64,000 nucleotides of DNA, from contig CAXFAF010000006.1 in NCBI GenBank assembly GCA_964001285.1, positions 8,205 to 72,204 of the forward strand, given 5' to 3'. A program made the translations under genes and the position numbers. Shown piece after piece: positions 62,937 through 64,000 of this stretch. How positions within the stretch are numbered: position 1 is the first letter of the stretch; each line of letters begins with the position of its first letter. Source of the DNA: an uncultured bacterium. GTDB taxonomy: Bacteria; Pseudomonadota; Alphaproteobacteria; MED-G09. The notes beneath the pieces are model-generated. The model saw nothing but the letters and a program-made list of their open reading frames with translations. It was not told the DNA's origin and made no database searches.

Positions 62937-64000
62937 TTATTCTTTATTTTCTTCAGATCTTGCAAAAAGAGCAATTTCTGTTCCTTGTTTCTTCATTATA
63001 TATATTTGCTGAAGAATTGATAGAATACCGTTCCAGGCCCAATAAATTACAAGGCCAACTGGAAAATTAGCCGCTATAAATACCATTAATATAGGCATCC
63101 ATGTGAATAATGTTTTTTGTATTGGATCAGGAGGGGCAGGATTTAATTTTGTTTGTAGAAAGAATGTTAAACCAAATAAAATATGAAAAACGCCTATCAT
63201 TAGTATTTGGGGCAATTCCCAATTTATAAGCCCAAAACCGTTAAATATAGATATAGGATCTGGGGCAGATAAGTCTTTTATCCATCCAAAAAAAGGAGCA
63301 TGTCTCATTTCTAAAGCAACTAGCAATACATTATACAATGCAAAAAATACCGGTATTTGAATTAAAACAGGCAAACATCCTGATAATGGTTTCAGCTCCT
63401 CTTTTTTATAAAGAGCTTGCATTTCTAGCGCCATTTTTTGTCTGTCTTCACCGTATGTTTCTCTCAATTTAGTGATTTCGGGTTGAACTTTTCTCATTTT
63501 TGCCATTTGAACATAAGATCTATTTACTATTGGGAAAAAGACAATTTTTATTAAGATTGTAAGCAGTAATATTGCTACACCAAAATTTCCTGAAAAAGAA
63601 AAGAGAAGATCTAAAATATAAAAAAGTGGTTTAGCAAGAAAATAAAACCACCCCCAATCTATTATTAAATCTAATCTTGTTAATATGTCTTGGTCAGAAT
63701 AATTTTGAATAATGTTTACTTCTTTAGCTCCAATAAATGCTAAATTTTTTGAAATCACACTTTCCCCAGGTGCGGCAGCTGTAAGATCACCAATAAAACC
63801 AATCCTGTAATAGAGGTCGTTGTTTTCTTGTGATGTTTTGAAAATTGCTCTTTTGTCATCACCATCAAGAGATGTAATAGCGGTTGCCCAATATTTATCT
63901 CTAATACCAACCCATCCATTATTAAACTCTGACCTAAAATCTTTTTCTTCTATATCATCATAATCAACTTCCTCTAATTTTTCATCAAACCAGCCTGTGG
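62937..64000 (-). CDS. yidC: Membrane protein insertase YidC (5'-partial; continues beyond window end)
   Basis: Conserved C-terminal TM core and a basic tail (...MKKQGTEIALFARSE). The reading frame stays open on the minus strand from 63759 to the window edge with no stop; the annotated GTG at 63756 is internal. Confidence 0.88.
   Translation of the reverse strand, partial: TGWFDEKLEEVDYDDIEEKDFRSEFNNGWVGIRDKYWATAITSLDGDDKRAIFKTSQENNDLYYRIGFIGDLTAAAPGESVISKNLAFIGAKEVNIIQNYSDQDILTRLDLIIDWGWFYFLAKPLFYILDLLFSFSGNFGVAILLLTILIKIVFFPIVNRSYVQMAKMRKVQPEITKLRETYGEDRQKMALEMQALYKKEELKPLSGCLPVLIQIPVFFALYNVLLVALEMRHAPFFGWIKDLSAPDPISIFNGFGLINWELPQILMIGVFHILFGLTFFLQTKLNPAPPDPIQKTLFTWMPILMVFIAANFPVGLVIYWAWNGILSILQQIYIMKKQGTEIALFARSEENKE

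Noticed and set aside
62937-63758. Treating yidC as a complete 273-aa gene starting at the GTG at 63756
   Set aside because: The minus-strand frame stays open from 63759 to the window edge with no stop. 273 aa is also half the expected YidC length. It was called as a 5'-partial gene.

Overview
This is a gene-dense, AT-rich window with very short intergenic spacers and many start/stop overlaps, typical of a streamlined marine alphaproteobacterium (Pelagibacterales/SAR11-like by gene order and composition; that attribution is inference only). Three parts can be distinguished.

(1) 1 to about 24.0 kb is housekeeping: sdhA (5' partial), sdhB, an AFG1/ZapE ATPase, mdh, sucCD, lpdA, a Xer-like tyrosine recombinase, transaldolase, priA, the F1 ATP synthase operon atpHAGDC, rppH, ctpA, rlmH, rsfS, nadD, proAB, obg, rpmA and rplU.

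(2) About 24.1 to 46.8 kb is a roughly 22 kb accessory catabolic island of five tightly packed transcription units. It holds four paralogous alpha-only Rieske non-heme-iron oxygenases, a TonB-dependent receptor, a GPH-family symporter, a KstD-like flavoprotein, a cytochrome P450, and two SnoaL/NTF2-like proteins placed like oxygenase beta subunits. It also carries two amidohydrolases (one ACMSD/LigI-type), two ABM monooxygenase-like proteins, two SDRs, a dienelactone hydrolase, two MBL-fold hydrolases and an NmrA-like protein. No regulator, ferredoxin or reductase partner, or ring-cleavage dioxygenase is visible.

(3) 46.9 to 64.0 kb returns to core genes: a CycM-like membrane-anchored cytochrome c, kdsB, pheA, amtB, dnaX, recR, def, fmt, truA, dapE, dapD, a HAD hydrolase, argB, engB and yidC (partial). 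Embedded among these is an unusual three-gene operon, nudC plus a secreted parallel beta-helix protein plus a secreted di-heme c-type cytochrome, of unknown function.

Other points worth a second look are an A12 tract in dnaX followed immediately by stops in both alternative frames (a candidate gamma-subunit slippage site), the absence of sucAB between sucD and lpdA, and an extended Xer-like recombinase. No rRNA, tRNA, CRISPR array, transposase or phage genes were recognised by eye.
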